Assembly (NCBI GenBank): GCA_012270995.1
Contig: JAAXHG010000151.1
Location: forward strand, 279 to 64,278
Reading direction: 5' to 3'
Length of the DNA: 64,000 nucleotides
From: Vicinamibacteraceae bacterium
GTDB lineage: Bacteria; Acidobacteriota; Thermoanaerobaculia; Multivoradales; Multivoraceae
Position 1 is the first letter of the stretch. Each line of letters begins with the position of its first letter. The position numbers and the translations under genes are program-made. The notes beneath the pieces were generated by a model. That model was not told the DNA's origin. It was given only the letters and a program-made list of their open reading frames with translations, and ran no database searches. Of the stretch, positions 45,732-57,904 are shown piece by piece.

Positions 45732-46282
45732 GTGGCCGAACTGACCGTCAAGAGGACTCTGTTCGACGCCCGCCAGATGGCGCGAATGATGCGCCGGATG
45801 GCCGCCGAACTCGTCGAACGGGCCGGCGGCACGGACACGTTGATGCTGGTCGGCGTGCGCACTCGCGGCGTCCCTCTGGCCGACTTCGTCGCCGCCGAGA
45901 TCGTGCGCACCGAGGGCGTCGAGTTGCCGGTCGGCATTCTCGACATCACGCTCTACCGCGATGATCTCTCGACGATCGCGCCGCAACCCGTGGTCAAGGA
46001 GAGCGTCTTGCCGGTGCCGATCGAAGACAGGATCGTCGTGCTCTGCGACGACGTGCTCTACAGCGGCCGGACGATCCGCGCCGCGATGGACGCGCTGATG
46101 GACTACGGCCGGCCGAAGGCGATCCGGCTTGCGGTGCTGATCGACCGCGGCCATCGCGAGCTGCCGATCCACGCGGACTGCATCGGCGAGACCGTGCAGA
46201 CGACGGACACCGAAGTGATCAAGGTCTCCTACGCCGCCACCGACGACGGCAAGGAGATGGTCGAACTCCTCGAGCGCGAAGG

Positions 46283-46286
<4 letters not shown>
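45732..46286 (+). CDS. pyrR: Bifunctional pyr regulator/UPRTase PyrR
   Basis: [27 protein letters not shown]. Confidence 0.95.
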
Positions 46287-47230
<944 letters not shown>

Positions 47231-47231
47231 C

Positions 47232-48521
47232 GTGACGGCGGCCTTGGTGATCCGTGGCGGCCGGGTCGTGGACCCGAGCCAGGAACTCGACGGACCGGCC
47301 GACCTGCTGATCGAGGACGGCGCGGTCACGGCGTGCGGTCCGGGGCTCCGGACGCCGGAGGGCGCGGAGGAAGTGGATGCCTCCGGCCAGGTGGTGACCC
47401 CTGGGCTCATCGACATGCACGTCCACCTGCGGGAGCCGGGGCAGGAGTACAAGGAGACGATCGAGAGCGGCACGCTCGCTGCCGCCGCGGGGGGCTTCGT
47501 CGCGGTCGCCTGCATGCCGAACACCGAGCCGGTGAACGACGATCCCTCCGTCACCGAGTTCATCCTCCGGCAGGCGGAACGGGCCGGCTGGGCGCGCGTG
47601 TACCCGATCTCGGCGGTGAGCAGAGGCCTGGAGGGCCGGGAACTGACCGAGTTCGGGGCCCAGCGCCGGGCCGGTGCCGTGGCGGTATCGGACGACGGCC
47701 GGCCGGTCTGGAACGCGGCTCTCATGCGACAGGCTCTGCGCTACGCCCGGCACTTCGATCTGCCGGTGATCCAGCACGCGGAGGAACTCCAACTCTCGGG
47801 TGACGGGGTGATGCACGAGGGCGCGTTCTCGACCCGGCTGGGAGTCGAGGGGATTCCTGGCGCCGCCGACGACGTGATGGTCGGCCGCGACCTGATGCTC
47901 GCCGCGGACACGGGCGGGCGCTACCACCTGGCGCACATGTCGACCGTCCGCAGCCTGGCGCTGGTCCGGAGCGCGAAGGCGGACGGTTGCCGGGTCACGG
48001 CCGAGGTCTCGGCGCATCACCTGCTGCTCTGTGACGAGGATGTCTTCGATTCCGGCCTCGACCCGGACTTCAAGATGCACCCGCCGCTCCGCAGCGCCTC
48101 CGACCGGGACGCTCTCGTCTCCGGCATCGCCGACGGCTCGATCGACGCGATCGCGAGCGATCACGCGCCCCATCATCCGGACGAAAAGGAACTCGACTTC
48201 GTGGCCGCGCCGAACGGCGTGGTGGGGCTCGAAACGACGCTCAGCCTGTGCCTGGACCGGCTGGTGGGGCCGGGCGTGATCGAGCTGGCGCGGCTGGTCG
48301 AGCTGCTCTCGGTGGCGCCGGCGCGGATACTCGGCATTCCGGGCGGAAGCCTGGCTCCGGGCTCGCCCGGCGACGTGACGTTGATCGACCTCGACCGCGA
48401 AGTCGCGGTCGACCCGGCCGCCTTTCACAGCAAGTCGCGCAACACGCCCTTCGCGGGCTGGAAGCTGCGCGGCGCTCCGGCCGGCACGATCGTCGGCGGC
48501 CGGGTGATCGAGTTGCCGTAG
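47232..48521 (+). CDS. pyrC: Dihydroorotase
   Basis: DMHVHLREPG, MPNT, PPLR, SDHAPH. Confidence 0.94.
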   Translation: MTAALVIRGGRVVDPSQELDGPADLLIEDGAVTACGPGLRTPEGAEEVDASGQVVTPGLIDMHVHLREPGQEYKETIESGTLAAAAGGFVAVACMPNTEPVNDDPSVTEFILRQAERAGWARVYPISAVSRGLEGRELTEFGAQRRAGAVAVSDDGRPVWNAALMRQALRYARHFDLPVIQHAEELQLSGDGVMHEGAFSTRLGVEGIPGAADDVMVGRDLMLAADTGGRYHLAHMSTVRSLALVRSAKADGCRVTAEVSAHHLLLCDEDVFDSGLDPDFKMHPPLRSASDRDALVSGIADGSIDAIASDHAPHHPDEKELDFVAAPNGVVGLETTLSLCLDRLVGPGVIELARLVELLSVAPARILGIPGGSLAPGSPGDVTLIDLDREVAVDPAAFHSKSRNTPFAGWKLRGAPAGTIVGGRVIELP

Positions 48522-48544
48522 CCGGCGGCCGCGGCGGTCGGTCT

Positions 48545-49351
48545 TCAACCGATGCTGCGGCCCCCGTCGACATCGAGGCAGACGCCGGTGAGGAAGGCGG
48601 CGTCGTCGGAGGCGAGATAGGCGACGGCGGCGGCGACGTCCTCCGGTTCGGCGAGGCGGCCGAGCGGAATCGTCGCCTCGAGGACCTCGCGTCCCTTCTC
48701 GCCCAGCGGCCGGCCGCCGGACGGCCCCTTCATGAAGTCCGTGTCGGCGGCGACCGGGTTCACCGCGTTGACCCGAATGCCGTGCGGAGCGAGTTCCGAG
48801 GCCAGGCCCCGGGTCAGCGTGACCACGGCCCCCTTCGTCGCGTTGTAGGCGGTCAGGCGCGGCCGTGGACGTACCGCGCCGATCGAGGCCGTGTTGACGA
48901 TCACGCCGCCGCCGCGTTCGAGCAGTCGCGGCACACCGTGCACCGCGCCCAGATAGACGCTCTTGACGTTGACCTCGAAGATGCGGTCGTAGTCCGCCTC
49001 GGACAGTTCCCAGAGCGGCTTCGCCCGGTGGCAGTAGCCCGCGTTGTTCACGAGGATGTCGATGCCGCCGAAGGCGCCGCAGGTCCGTTCCATCAGACGT
49101 CGCAGGTCGTCGCCCTGAGAGACGTCGACGGTCTCGAAGAGGACTCTTGAACCGCGCTTCGCGAGTTGCGCCGTGGTCCGTTTTCCCTTCGACGAATCGA
49201 TATCCGCGAGCGCCACTGCGGCGCCCTCGCGGGCAAGCCTCCGGGCGATCGCCCGGCCGAAACCGCCTGCGGCGCCGGTCACGACGGCGACCTTGCCGGT
49301 GAAGCGGGAGTCCTGGTGCACCGGGGTGTTGCTGCCGTTCGAGTCATCCAT
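48545..49351 (-). CDS. Short-chain dehydrogenase/reductase
   Basis: TGAAGGFG, NNAG, YNATK. Confidence 0.92.
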   Translation of the reverse strand: MDDSNGSNTPVHQDSRFTGKVAVVTGAAGGFGRAIARRLAREGAAVALADIDSSKGKRTTAQLAKRGSRVLFETVDVSQGDDLRRLMERTCGAFGGIDILVNNAGYCHRAKPLWELSEADYDRIFEVNVKSVYLGAVHGVPRLLERGGGVIVNTASIGAVRPRPRLTAYNATKGAVVTLTRGLASELAPHGIRVNAVNPVAADTDFMKGPSGGRPLGEKGREVLEATIPLGRLAEPEDVAAAVAYLASDDAAFLTGVCLDVDGGRSIG

Positions 49352-49478
49352 GCCGAGAGTCTCCCTGAATAGGGGGGCTACGCTAGCGGTCATCCGTGCG
49401 GCCCACAAAGGGGCGCACGGAGTGGGTCGCGGGTGGCGCGAGGCGCCACCCGGGTCTGGCGCCGGACGCGGGGAGTTG

Positions 49479-50972
49479 ATGGAAGACCGGGAACCAGTCA
49501 AGCGGCATGTCGTCGTCGTCGGCGCGGGCAACGCGGCGCTGTGCGCGGCGCTCTCGGCGCGGGAGGGCGGCGCGTCGGTGACCGTGCTGGAACGGGCGCC
49601 CCGGCGGGAGCATGGCGGCAACAGCCGCTTCACGATGGCGTCGATGCGGTTCGCGTACGCCGATCTCGACGAGCTGCAGGAAGTTGCCGGTCCCCTGAGC
49701 GCCGAAGAGATCGGGGCGAGCGACTTCGGGTCCTACCCGGAGCGTCGGTTCCTCCAGGATCTGGAGCGGATGAGCGGAGGCCGGGCCGACCGGGATCTGG
49801 TCGAGACCCTCGTCGCTCGAAGCCGCCACACGTTGCGCTGGATGCGTGGGCTCGGCGTGGAGTTCGTTCCGCTCTACTCCGGTCAGGCGTTCGAGGTCGA
49901 CGGCAAGCGCCGGTTCTGGGGCGGCCTGACGCTGCAGGCGCGCGGCGGCGGCCCCGGCCTGGTGGCTGCGCTGCGGCGGGCGGCGGAGAGGACCGGCATC
50001 GGGATCCTTCACGAGCGCCGCGCGGTCGGCCTGCTCATGGACGGCGGGGGGGTTCGCGGCGTCGAAGTCGACGAACCGTCGGGTGTCCGTTCCCTGCCGG
50101 CGGACGCCGTGGTGCTGGCCAGCGGCGGCTTCGAGGCGAACCGCGAGTGGCGGCGACAGTACCTGGGCGAGGGGTGGGAGGCGGCCAGGGTGCGCGGCAG
50201 CCGCTACAACACGGGCGACGGCATCCGGATGGCGCTCGAGGCCGGCGCGGCGCGCGCCGGACAGTGGACCGGCTGTCACGCGGTCGCCTGGGACCTGAAC
50301 TCGCCCGAGGTCGGCAATCTGGAGGTCCGGCATCGATACCAGAAGCACAGCTATCCGCTCGGCATCGTCGTCAACGCCCGCGGCGAGCGATTCCTCGACG
50401 AGGGCGCGGACTTCCGGAACTACACCTACGCGCGCTACGGGCGCGAAGTGCTGGAGCAGCCCGGCCGGTTCGCATGGCAGGTCTTCGACGCCCGGGTCGC
50501 CGGTCTGCTCCGGAACGAGTACCGGCAGGCGCATGCGACCCGGGTGACGGCCGGCTCGGTGAAGGAACTCGCGGGCCGCATCGAGGGCGTCGACGAACGC
50601 GGTTTCCTCCGTACGGTGCGGGAGTTCAACGGCGCGGTACGGCGGGACGTGCCCTTCGATCCCAGCGTCAGGGACGGACGCTCGACCCGCGGCCTCGATC
50701 CGGAGAAGTCGAACTGGGCCAATCCGCTCGAGCAGCCGCCCTTCGAGGCGTACGCCGTCACGTGCGGCATCACGTTCACCTTCGGCGGCCTGTCGGTGGA
50801 TGCCGGGGCGCGGGTCCTGGACGAGGCGGGGCGGGCGATGCCCGGCCTGTTCGCGGCGGGCGAACTGGTTGGAGGCCTGTTCTACGACAACTACCCCGGC
50901 GGCGCCGGCCTGACGGCCGGCGCGGTCTTCGGCCGGATGGCCGGCGCCGGGGCGGCGGGACGCGATGGCTGA
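49479..50972 (+). CDS. tcuA: FAD-dependent tricarballylate dehydrogenase TcuA-like flavoprotein
   Basis: VGAGNAA, GGNSRFT, GITFTFGG, NYPGGAGL. Confidence 0.8.
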   Translation: MEDREPVKRHVVVVGAGNAALCAALSAREGGASVTVLERAPRREHGGNSRFTMASMRFAYADLDELQEVAGPLSAEEIGASDFGSYPERRFLQDLERMSGGRADRDLVETLVARSRHTLRWMRGLGVEFVPLYSGQAFEVDGKRRFWGGLTLQARGGGPGLVAALRRAAERTGIGILHERRAVGLLMDGGGVRGVEVDEPSGVRSLPADAVVLASGGFEANREWRRQYLGEGWEAARVRGSRYNTGDGIRMALEAGAARAGQWTGCHAVAWDLNSPEVGNLEVRHRYQKHSYPLGIVVNARGERFLDEGADFRNYTYARYGREVLEQPGRFAWQVFDARVAGLLRNEYRQAHATRVTAGSVKELAGRIEGVDERGFLRTVREFNGAVRRDVPFDPSVRDGRSTRGLDPEKSNWANPLEQPPFEAYAVTCGITFTFGGLSVDAGARVLDEAGRAMPGLFAAGELVGGLFYDNYPGGAGLTAGAVFGRMAGAGAAGRDG

Positions 50973-52014
50973 CCGGCGCTCCGGCGGCAACTACGACCTC
51001 TGGGAGATCCAGATTCACGGCCCGGGCGGCAACGTGCGCTACATGAGGGTCACGAAGTTGCGGCTACAGCTCGTCGTCTCCCTGGCCGTCGTGTTCCTCG
51101 CCTGTTTCGTCAACGCCGTCGCGGCGGCGCCGACGTTGATCCGGCTCGAGTTGTTCCGGGCCGACCAGGTCGAGTTGGTCGAGGCCCGCCTGCGTTTCGG
51201 CGAGAGGTTCGAGGCGCTTGCCGGACGCTACGCGGAGATCCGGGCCGTGGCCTCCGATCTCGACGACCGTCTCTGCAAGGTGGTTCTCGCCTACGGCGTC
51301 GAGGGGTCGGCGGCGGATGCCTGCGGATTGCCGATCGATCTTGGAATCGCGCCGGGGGCGACGATCTCCGCGGAGCAGACCCGGCAGGTGCGGGAAGCAA
51401 TTGAGAAGGATAGGGAGGGTGTCGTCAAGCGCCTCGCCGGTCGCCTGGAAGCAGCAGTCGAGGTCGAGGCCGAGCGGCCCGACCTGGTCCAGTTCACGCC
51501 GTCCGCGTCCCCGCTTCGTGGCGACGACTTCGTTCTGGTCGCCCCCTTCGGCGAGACCACGAATCGCGTGACGTCGGTCCCCGAGTTCCACTACGGGATC
51601 GATCTGGCGGCTCCGGCCGGCGCGCCGGTCCGGGCGACCGCCGCCGGCCGGGTGACCTTTGCCGGTGGCGGTTCCACCCTTGGACCTGCGTGGAGACGTT
51701 ACGGCCGCATGCTGGGAATCCGCCACGGCGACGGTTTCATCACCGTCTACGGTCACCTGGGAGACACCGAGGTCCGCGCCGGACAGCGAATCGAGCGAGG
51801 CCAGAGGATCGGGACGGTGGGAACGACCGGCTGGAGCGTCGAGCCGAACCTGCACTATGGCATCCTCCGCCGCCGGAACGATGGAAGCTACGAGCCCGTG
51901 GACCCGAGGATCCACATCCTCGACTACCGCTGGCGCGATGAGCAGGCCCTGGTCTCCGGCGTTGCGCCGGCGCCGGACGGCTTCCCGGCGTTGCCGCGGA
52001 CGCTGCTGCGGTAG
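50965..52014 (+). CDS. M23 family metallopeptidase
   Basis: HYGID; second zinc motif appears as NLHY (HxH degenerate). Confidence 0.85.
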   Translation: MADRRSGGNYDLWEIQIHGPGGNVRYMRVTKLRLQLVVSLAVVFLACFVNAVAAAPTLIRLELFRADQVELVEARLRFGERFEALAGRYAEIRAVASDLDDRLCKVVLAYGVEGSAADACGLPIDLGIAPGATISAEQTRQVREAIEKDREGVVKRLAGRLEAAVEVEAERPDLVQFTPSASPLRGDDFVLVAPFGETTNRVTSVPEFHYGIDLAAPAGAPVRATAAGRVTFAGGGSTLGPAWRRYGRMLGIRHGDGFITVYGHLGDTEVRAGQRIERGQRIGTVGTTGWSVEPNLHYGILRRRNDGSYEPVDPRIHILDYRWRDEQALVSGVAPAPDGFPALPRTLLR

Positions 52015-52035
52015 GGGTGGCCTTGTCCAAGTGAG

Positions 52036-52698
52036 ATGCGAATGAAGTACCGAGCCGTGATCTTCGACCTGGGGGGCGTCGTCTTCGGTTCGCCCCTGCA
52101 CGCGATCCGCCGCTACGAGCTGGCCAACGGGATCGAGGAGAACTTCGTCAACCGCCTGGTTGTCTCGGCCGGGCCGGCGGGGTCCTGGCAGCGGATGGAG
52201 CGGGGCGAACTGGTCATGGGACCGGAGTTCTTCGCCGCCTTCGACCGCGACGTGGAGGCGGCCGATCCGGCGGTCGCGGATCGGTTCTCGGCCGAGGACA
52301 TGATGGCGGCGATCGCCGAGGAGTCGATGGCGCGGCCGCAGATGGTCGAGGCGCTGCGGCGGCTGCGGGCGGAGGGCTACACGGTGGCGGCGCTGACCAA
52401 CAACTGGGTCAGCGAGGAGGAGCGCGAACCGGAGGACGTGGAGGAGGCAGCGATGCGGGCCGAGGTCCGCGCCCTGTTTCACGACTACGTCGAATCGAGC
52501 GTCGTCGGCCTGCGCAAGCCGGATCCGGCGATCTACGAACTGGCCTGCCGCCGGCTCGGCGTCGAGCCGGGAGAGGCCGTGTTCCTGGACGACATCGGGT
52601 CGAACCTGAAGAGCGCGCGGGCCCTCGGCATGACGACGATCAAGGTCGACGACCCGGACGAGGCCCTCGCGGAGCTGTGGCGGACGCTCGGGTCCTGA
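52036..52698 (+). CDS. HAD family phosphatase
   Basis: IFDLGGV, LTNN, KPDP, FLDD. Confidence 0.9.
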   Translation: MRMKYRAVIFDLGGVVFGSPLHAIRRYELANGIEENFVNRLVVSAGPAGSWQRMERGELVMGPEFFAAFDRDVEAADPAVADRFSAEDMMAAIAEESMARPQMVEALRRLRAEGYTVAALTNNWVSEEEREPEDVEEAAMRAEVRALFHDYVESSVVGLRKPDPAIYELACRRLGVEPGEAVFLDDIGSNLKSARALGMTTIKVDDPDEALAELWRTLGS

Positions 52699-52719
52699 CC
52701 GGGCGCCGCCGTCAGCCGG

Positions 52720-53529
52720 TCACCGGCCCTGCGCCGACTCCGGCTGGGTGAAGGTCAGATCGACCATGGCGGTGAGGCCGTCGAGCAGGGTGACGCCGGA
52801 CCGCATCGTGCCGAGACGTTCGTGCCAGGCCTCGATCGTGTAGGTGCCAGGCGGGAGCCCGCGAATCTCGAACGAGCCGTCCGGTCCGGTGACGGCGAAG
52901 TAGGGATGGCTGAACACCGCCAGGTAGGTCGACATCCACGGGTGAACGTCGCACTTGATGCGAAACGCCGGCTCTTCGTCGGTGAAGGAGAAGGTGGCGC
53001 GCTTGATGGCCCCCGGCATGGCGCGATTGAAGGGCGCGTTGATCTCGGACAGCGAATGGACGTTGTGCAGCAGTTCATCGGAGTTCAGGACCAGGAGATC
53101 CTGGCCGACCATGATGCCGGCGACGCGGGGCGTGTACCGGCAGCCCACCTGGTCGATGACGGGAGGCTCGGCCAGGGGGTACGGTCCAGGCGGAAGGTTG
53201 TCGGCGACGTAGACCAGGACGTTGGCCAGCCCGGCCTCTTCGTCGACGTCGAGAATCTCGGGGAAGACGGGCTCGGTGTGCTTGGCGGCGCAGGCCGGGT
53301 CGGCGTCCATGTTCAGGGGTCGCAGGCGGGGCAGGTCGCCGTCGTAGCGGACGGCGCCGGCGATCGTGCTGCTGCCGAGCGGCTCGGTGGGCGGGGCCTC
53401 GGCGGCCGGTTCGGACGGCGGATCGCTGCCCCCGTCGCCGCCGCAGCCGGCCAGGACGAGAGCCAGGGTGAAGACAAGGAAGGCCGTGAACGAGGCGGAT
53501 CGAAGAGTGCAAGTCGGTATGCAGGCCAT
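52720..53529 (-). CDS. Lipoprotein with cupredoxin-like and carboxypeptidase-regulatory-like domains
   Basis: LAGC lipobox; HNVH...CDVHPWM; paralog of 57148-57864. Confidence 0.8.
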   Translation of the reverse strand: MACIPTCTLRSASFTAFLVFTLALVLAGCGGDGGSDPPSEPAAEAPPTEPLGSSTIAGAVRYDGDLPRLRPLNMDADPACAAKHTEPVFPEILDVDEEAGLANVLVYVADNLPPGPYPLAEPPVIDQVGCRYTPRVAGIMVGQDLLVLNSDELLHNVHSLSEINAPFNRAMPGAIKRATFSFTDEEPAFRIKCDVHPWMSTYLAVFSHPYFAVTGPDGSFEIRGLPPGTYTIEAWHERLGTMRSGVTLLDGLTAMVDLTFTQPESAQGR

Positions 53530-53724
53530 CCGCGCATTCTAGGCGCTCGGGCTCGCCGCTTCGCGGCCTCGCGCTTCCTGCCGGCCAGAGGGCCGGCGCA
53601 CCGACAGGCGCCGCGCGGCGTGCGGTCCGTTTCCTTGACCCGGATGGGGGCCGGTGTTAGCTTCCGCGCGATTCGTGGTCCGGCCCGCCCTTGAGGGTGC
53701 CGCCGCCCTATTCCCACGCCCTCG

Positions 53725-55185
<1,461 letters not shown>

Positions 55186-55186
55186 C

Positions 55187-55795
55187 ATGGGCCTGATGCA
55201 ACTGGACGTCCCGGAAGCGTCCGGCGGCTACAGCCACTACGGCGTGCTGGCCCGCTTCCGGACCGCCAAGGAGCTCTACCGCGCCTGCGAGGCGGTCAGG
55301 GACGCCGGCTACTCGAAGTGGGACGCGCTCACGCCGTTCCCGGTTCACGGCCTGGAGAAGGCGATGGGCCTCAAGCCGTCCAAGCTGCCCTTCGTCGTGC
55401 TGGCGACGGGTCTTGGCGGCGCCGGACTCGGCTTCGGCCTGCAGAGCTGGGTTCACATCATGGCCTATCCGCTGGTCATCAGCGGCAAGCCGCTCTTCAC
55501 CTGGCCGGCGTTCGTGCCGGTGACCTTCGAGCTCGGCGTGCTCGGCGCGGCGCTGGGCGCCGTGCTCGGCATGTTCGCGTTCAACAAGCTGCCGACCTAC
55601 CACCATCCGCTGTTCCGCTCGCCGAACTTCGCCCGGGTGACCGACGACGGTCTGTTCATCGCGATCGAAGCCTGGGATCCGAAGTACGACGACCAGGACA
55701 CGGCCGAGTTCCTGAGCGGGCTCGGCGCGGCCGAGGTCGAGCACGTGCCGATCGAGGATCCGGCGGATGACGGAGACGGGGCAGAGGGCGCCTGA
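55187..55795 (+). CDS. actD: ACIII subunit (DUF3341)
   Basis: TPFPVHGL, SGKP, FVPVTFELGVL. Confidence 0.9.
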   Translation: MGLMQLDVPEASGGYSHYGVLARFRTAKELYRACEAVRDAGYSKWDALTPFPVHGLEKAMGLKPSKLPFVVLATGLGGAGLGFGLQSWVHIMAYPLVISGKPLFTWPAFVPVTFELGVLGAALGAVLGMFAFNKLPTYHHPLFRSPNFARVTDDGLFIAIEAWDPKYDDQDTAEFLSGLGAAEVEHVPIEDPADDGDGAEGA

Positions 55796-57030
55796 TGGCA
55801 CACGGACCGCGCATCGTCGATCTCGATCGACTGGTCATCCGGCCGGGCAGCGGCTGGGAGCGCCTGCCGCCCGTCGCGGGCGCGGTCGGCGTCGTCTTTA
55901 CGGCCTTGTCGATCGTGCTGGCAAGGGGCTCCGGGGAGAGCACGAAGCAGTTCTTCCACTCCTGGCTCGTGGCCGTCGTCTTCTTCCTCTGCATCGGCCT
56001 GGGCTGTCTGTTCTTCGTGCTGATTCACCACGCGACGAAGGCGGGCTGGGGCGTCGTGGTGCGCCGCCTGGCCGAGAACCTGGCCTGCACGGTGCCGGTG
56101 CTGGCGGTCCTGTTCATTCCGGTCGTGGCCCTGGGCATGTACGACCTGTTCCACTGGACCCACGCCGACGCGGTGGCCCACGACCGCTTGCTGCGGGTCA
56201 AGGAGCCGTGGCTGAACGAGACCGGCTTCTGGATTCGGACGGGGATCTACTTCGTGGTCTGGAGCGGGTTGGCGCTCTACTTCCGGAACGCGTCGCGGCG
56301 GCAGGACGACAGCGGCGACGAGACGCTCTCCCACCGGATGGCGCGATTCAGCCCCGTTGCCGTCGCCCTGTTCGCGGTGACGCTGACGTTCGCCGGCTTC
56401 GACTGGCTGATGTCGCTGGAGCCGCACTGGTACTCGACGATGTTCGGCGTCTACTTCTTCGCCGGCACGGTCGTCTCGGCGTTCGCGGCGCTGACCGTCC
56501 TTACCCTGGCATTCGAACGGTCGGGCCACTTCCGGGGCGTGATCACCGGCGAGCACTTCCACGATCTCGGCAAGCTGCTGTTCGCCTTCACGGTGTTCTG
56601 GGCGTACATCGCCTTCAGCCAGTTCTTCCTGATCTGGTACGCCAACATCCCGGAGGAGACGAACTGGTTCCTGAGCCGCCTGCACGGCACGGACCTCAAC
56701 CCGGCGGACTGGCGCCCGGCGACCATGCTGCTGGCCATCGGCCACTTCGCCGTCCCGTTCTTCTTCCTCATGCCCCGGACGATCAAGCGCAATCGCACCC
56801 TGCTCCTGGTTGGCGCCCTCTGGATGCTGGCGATGCACCTCTGGGACGTGTTCTGGCTGGTGATGCCGAACCTGCACCGGGAGATGACGTTCAGCCTTCT
56901 CGACCTGACCTGCTTGCTCGGCGTGGGCGGAGTGTTCCTGGCAACCGCGGGCTGGTTGCTGAACCGCGGCTCGCTGGTGCCGTCCCGGGATCCGCGGCTG
57001 GTCGAGTCCCTGGCCTTCGAGAACATCTGA
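55795..57030 (+). CDS. actF: ACIII subunit F
   Basis: DWLMSLEPHWYSTMFG, FSQFFLIWYANIPEE. Confidence 0.9.
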   Translation: MAHGPRIVDLDRLVIRPGSGWERLPPVAGAVGVVFTALSIVLARGSGESTKQFFHSWLVAVVFFLCIGLGCLFFVLIHHATKAGWGVVVRRLAENLACTVPVLAVLFIPVVALGMYDLFHWTHADAVAHDRLLRVKEPWLNETGFWIRTGIYFVVWSGLALYFRNASRRQDDSGDETLSHRMARFSPVAVALFAVTLTFAGFDWLMSLEPHWYSTMFGVYFFAGTVVSAFAALTVLTLAFERSGHFRGVITGEHFHDLGKLLFAFTVFWAYIAFSQFFLIWYANIPEETNWFLSRLHGTDLNPADWRPATMLLAIGHFAVPFFFLMPRTIKRNRTLLLVGALWMLAMHLWDVFWLVMPNLHREMTFSLLDLTCLLGVGGVFLATAGWLLNRGSLVPSRDPRLVESLAFENI

Positions 57031-57147
57031 GGCGTCGCCGACCCGCGCCGTCCGTCAGTCGTTCGTCTTGTTCCACTCGCCGGTCCTTGCTACGCTGCGC
57101 ACCGTCCAAGGACCTCTCGCAAACACTCCCTGTCAAGGAGCATCGAC

Positions 57148-57864
57148 ATGATTCCGAAGCAGACGATCCGCGTCTGTGCCGTTCTTCTCGCCCTCGCCCT
57201 GGCTACCTCCTCGGTGGCGCTCGGCGGCACGATTGTGGGCAAAGTCACGTACGAAGGCCGGACGCCTCCGCAACGTCCGATGAGGATGGACGCCGACCCG
57301 AAGTGTGCCGAGAAGCACAGCGGCACGGTTCTCGACCAGACGTTCACGATCGGGGATGGCGGCGGCTTCGCCAACGTCTTCCTGGTAGTCACCGACGGCC
57401 TCGAAGGGAAGTCCTTCGATGCGCCTTCGCAGCCCGTCGTCATGGACCAGAACGGCTGCATCTACACGCCGCGCGTCATGGGCATCCAGGTCGGGCAGCA
57501 GTTCAAGGTGCTGAACTCGGACGGACTGCTGCACAACGTCCACTCGCTTTCCAAGGACAACCCCCCGTTCAACCGGGCGATGCCGGCCAGCGTGACCGAG
57601 GCCGACTACAGCTTCGACAAGACGGAACGCTTCCGCATCAAGTGCGACGTCCATCCCTGGATGACTTCCTGGGTGACGGTCGTCGATCATCCGTTCTACG
57701 CGGTGTCCGGCGCCGACGGCTCCTTCCGCATCGAGAACGTACCGGCCGGCACCTACACGATCGAGGCCCGGCACGAGTTCGAGAGGTTCAAGATCTACTC
57801 CGAGACCGTTGAGGTCAGCGACAGCGCCACGGCGACGGTGAACTTCGTCTTCAAGCCGGAGTAG
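57148..57864 (+). CDS. Exported cupredoxin-like/carboxypeptidase-regulatory-like protein
   Basis: Signal peptide; DQNGCIYTP, HNVH, CDVHPWM. Confidence 0.8.
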   Translation: MIPKQTIRVCAVLLALALATSSVALGGTIVGKVTYEGRTPPQRPMRMDADPKCAEKHSGTVLDQTFTIGDGGGFANVFLVVTDGLEGKSFDAPSQPVVMDQNGCIYTPRVMGIQVGQQFKVLNSDGLLHNVHSLSKDNPPFNRAMPASVTEADYSFDKTERFRIKCDVHPWMTSWVTVVDHPFYAVSGADGSFRIENVPAGTYTIEARHEFERFKIYSETVEVSDSATATVNFVFKPE

Positions 57865-57904
57865 CCCGGGAACCCCAGAAAGCAGCAAGAAAGGAGCGGC
57901 GTCC

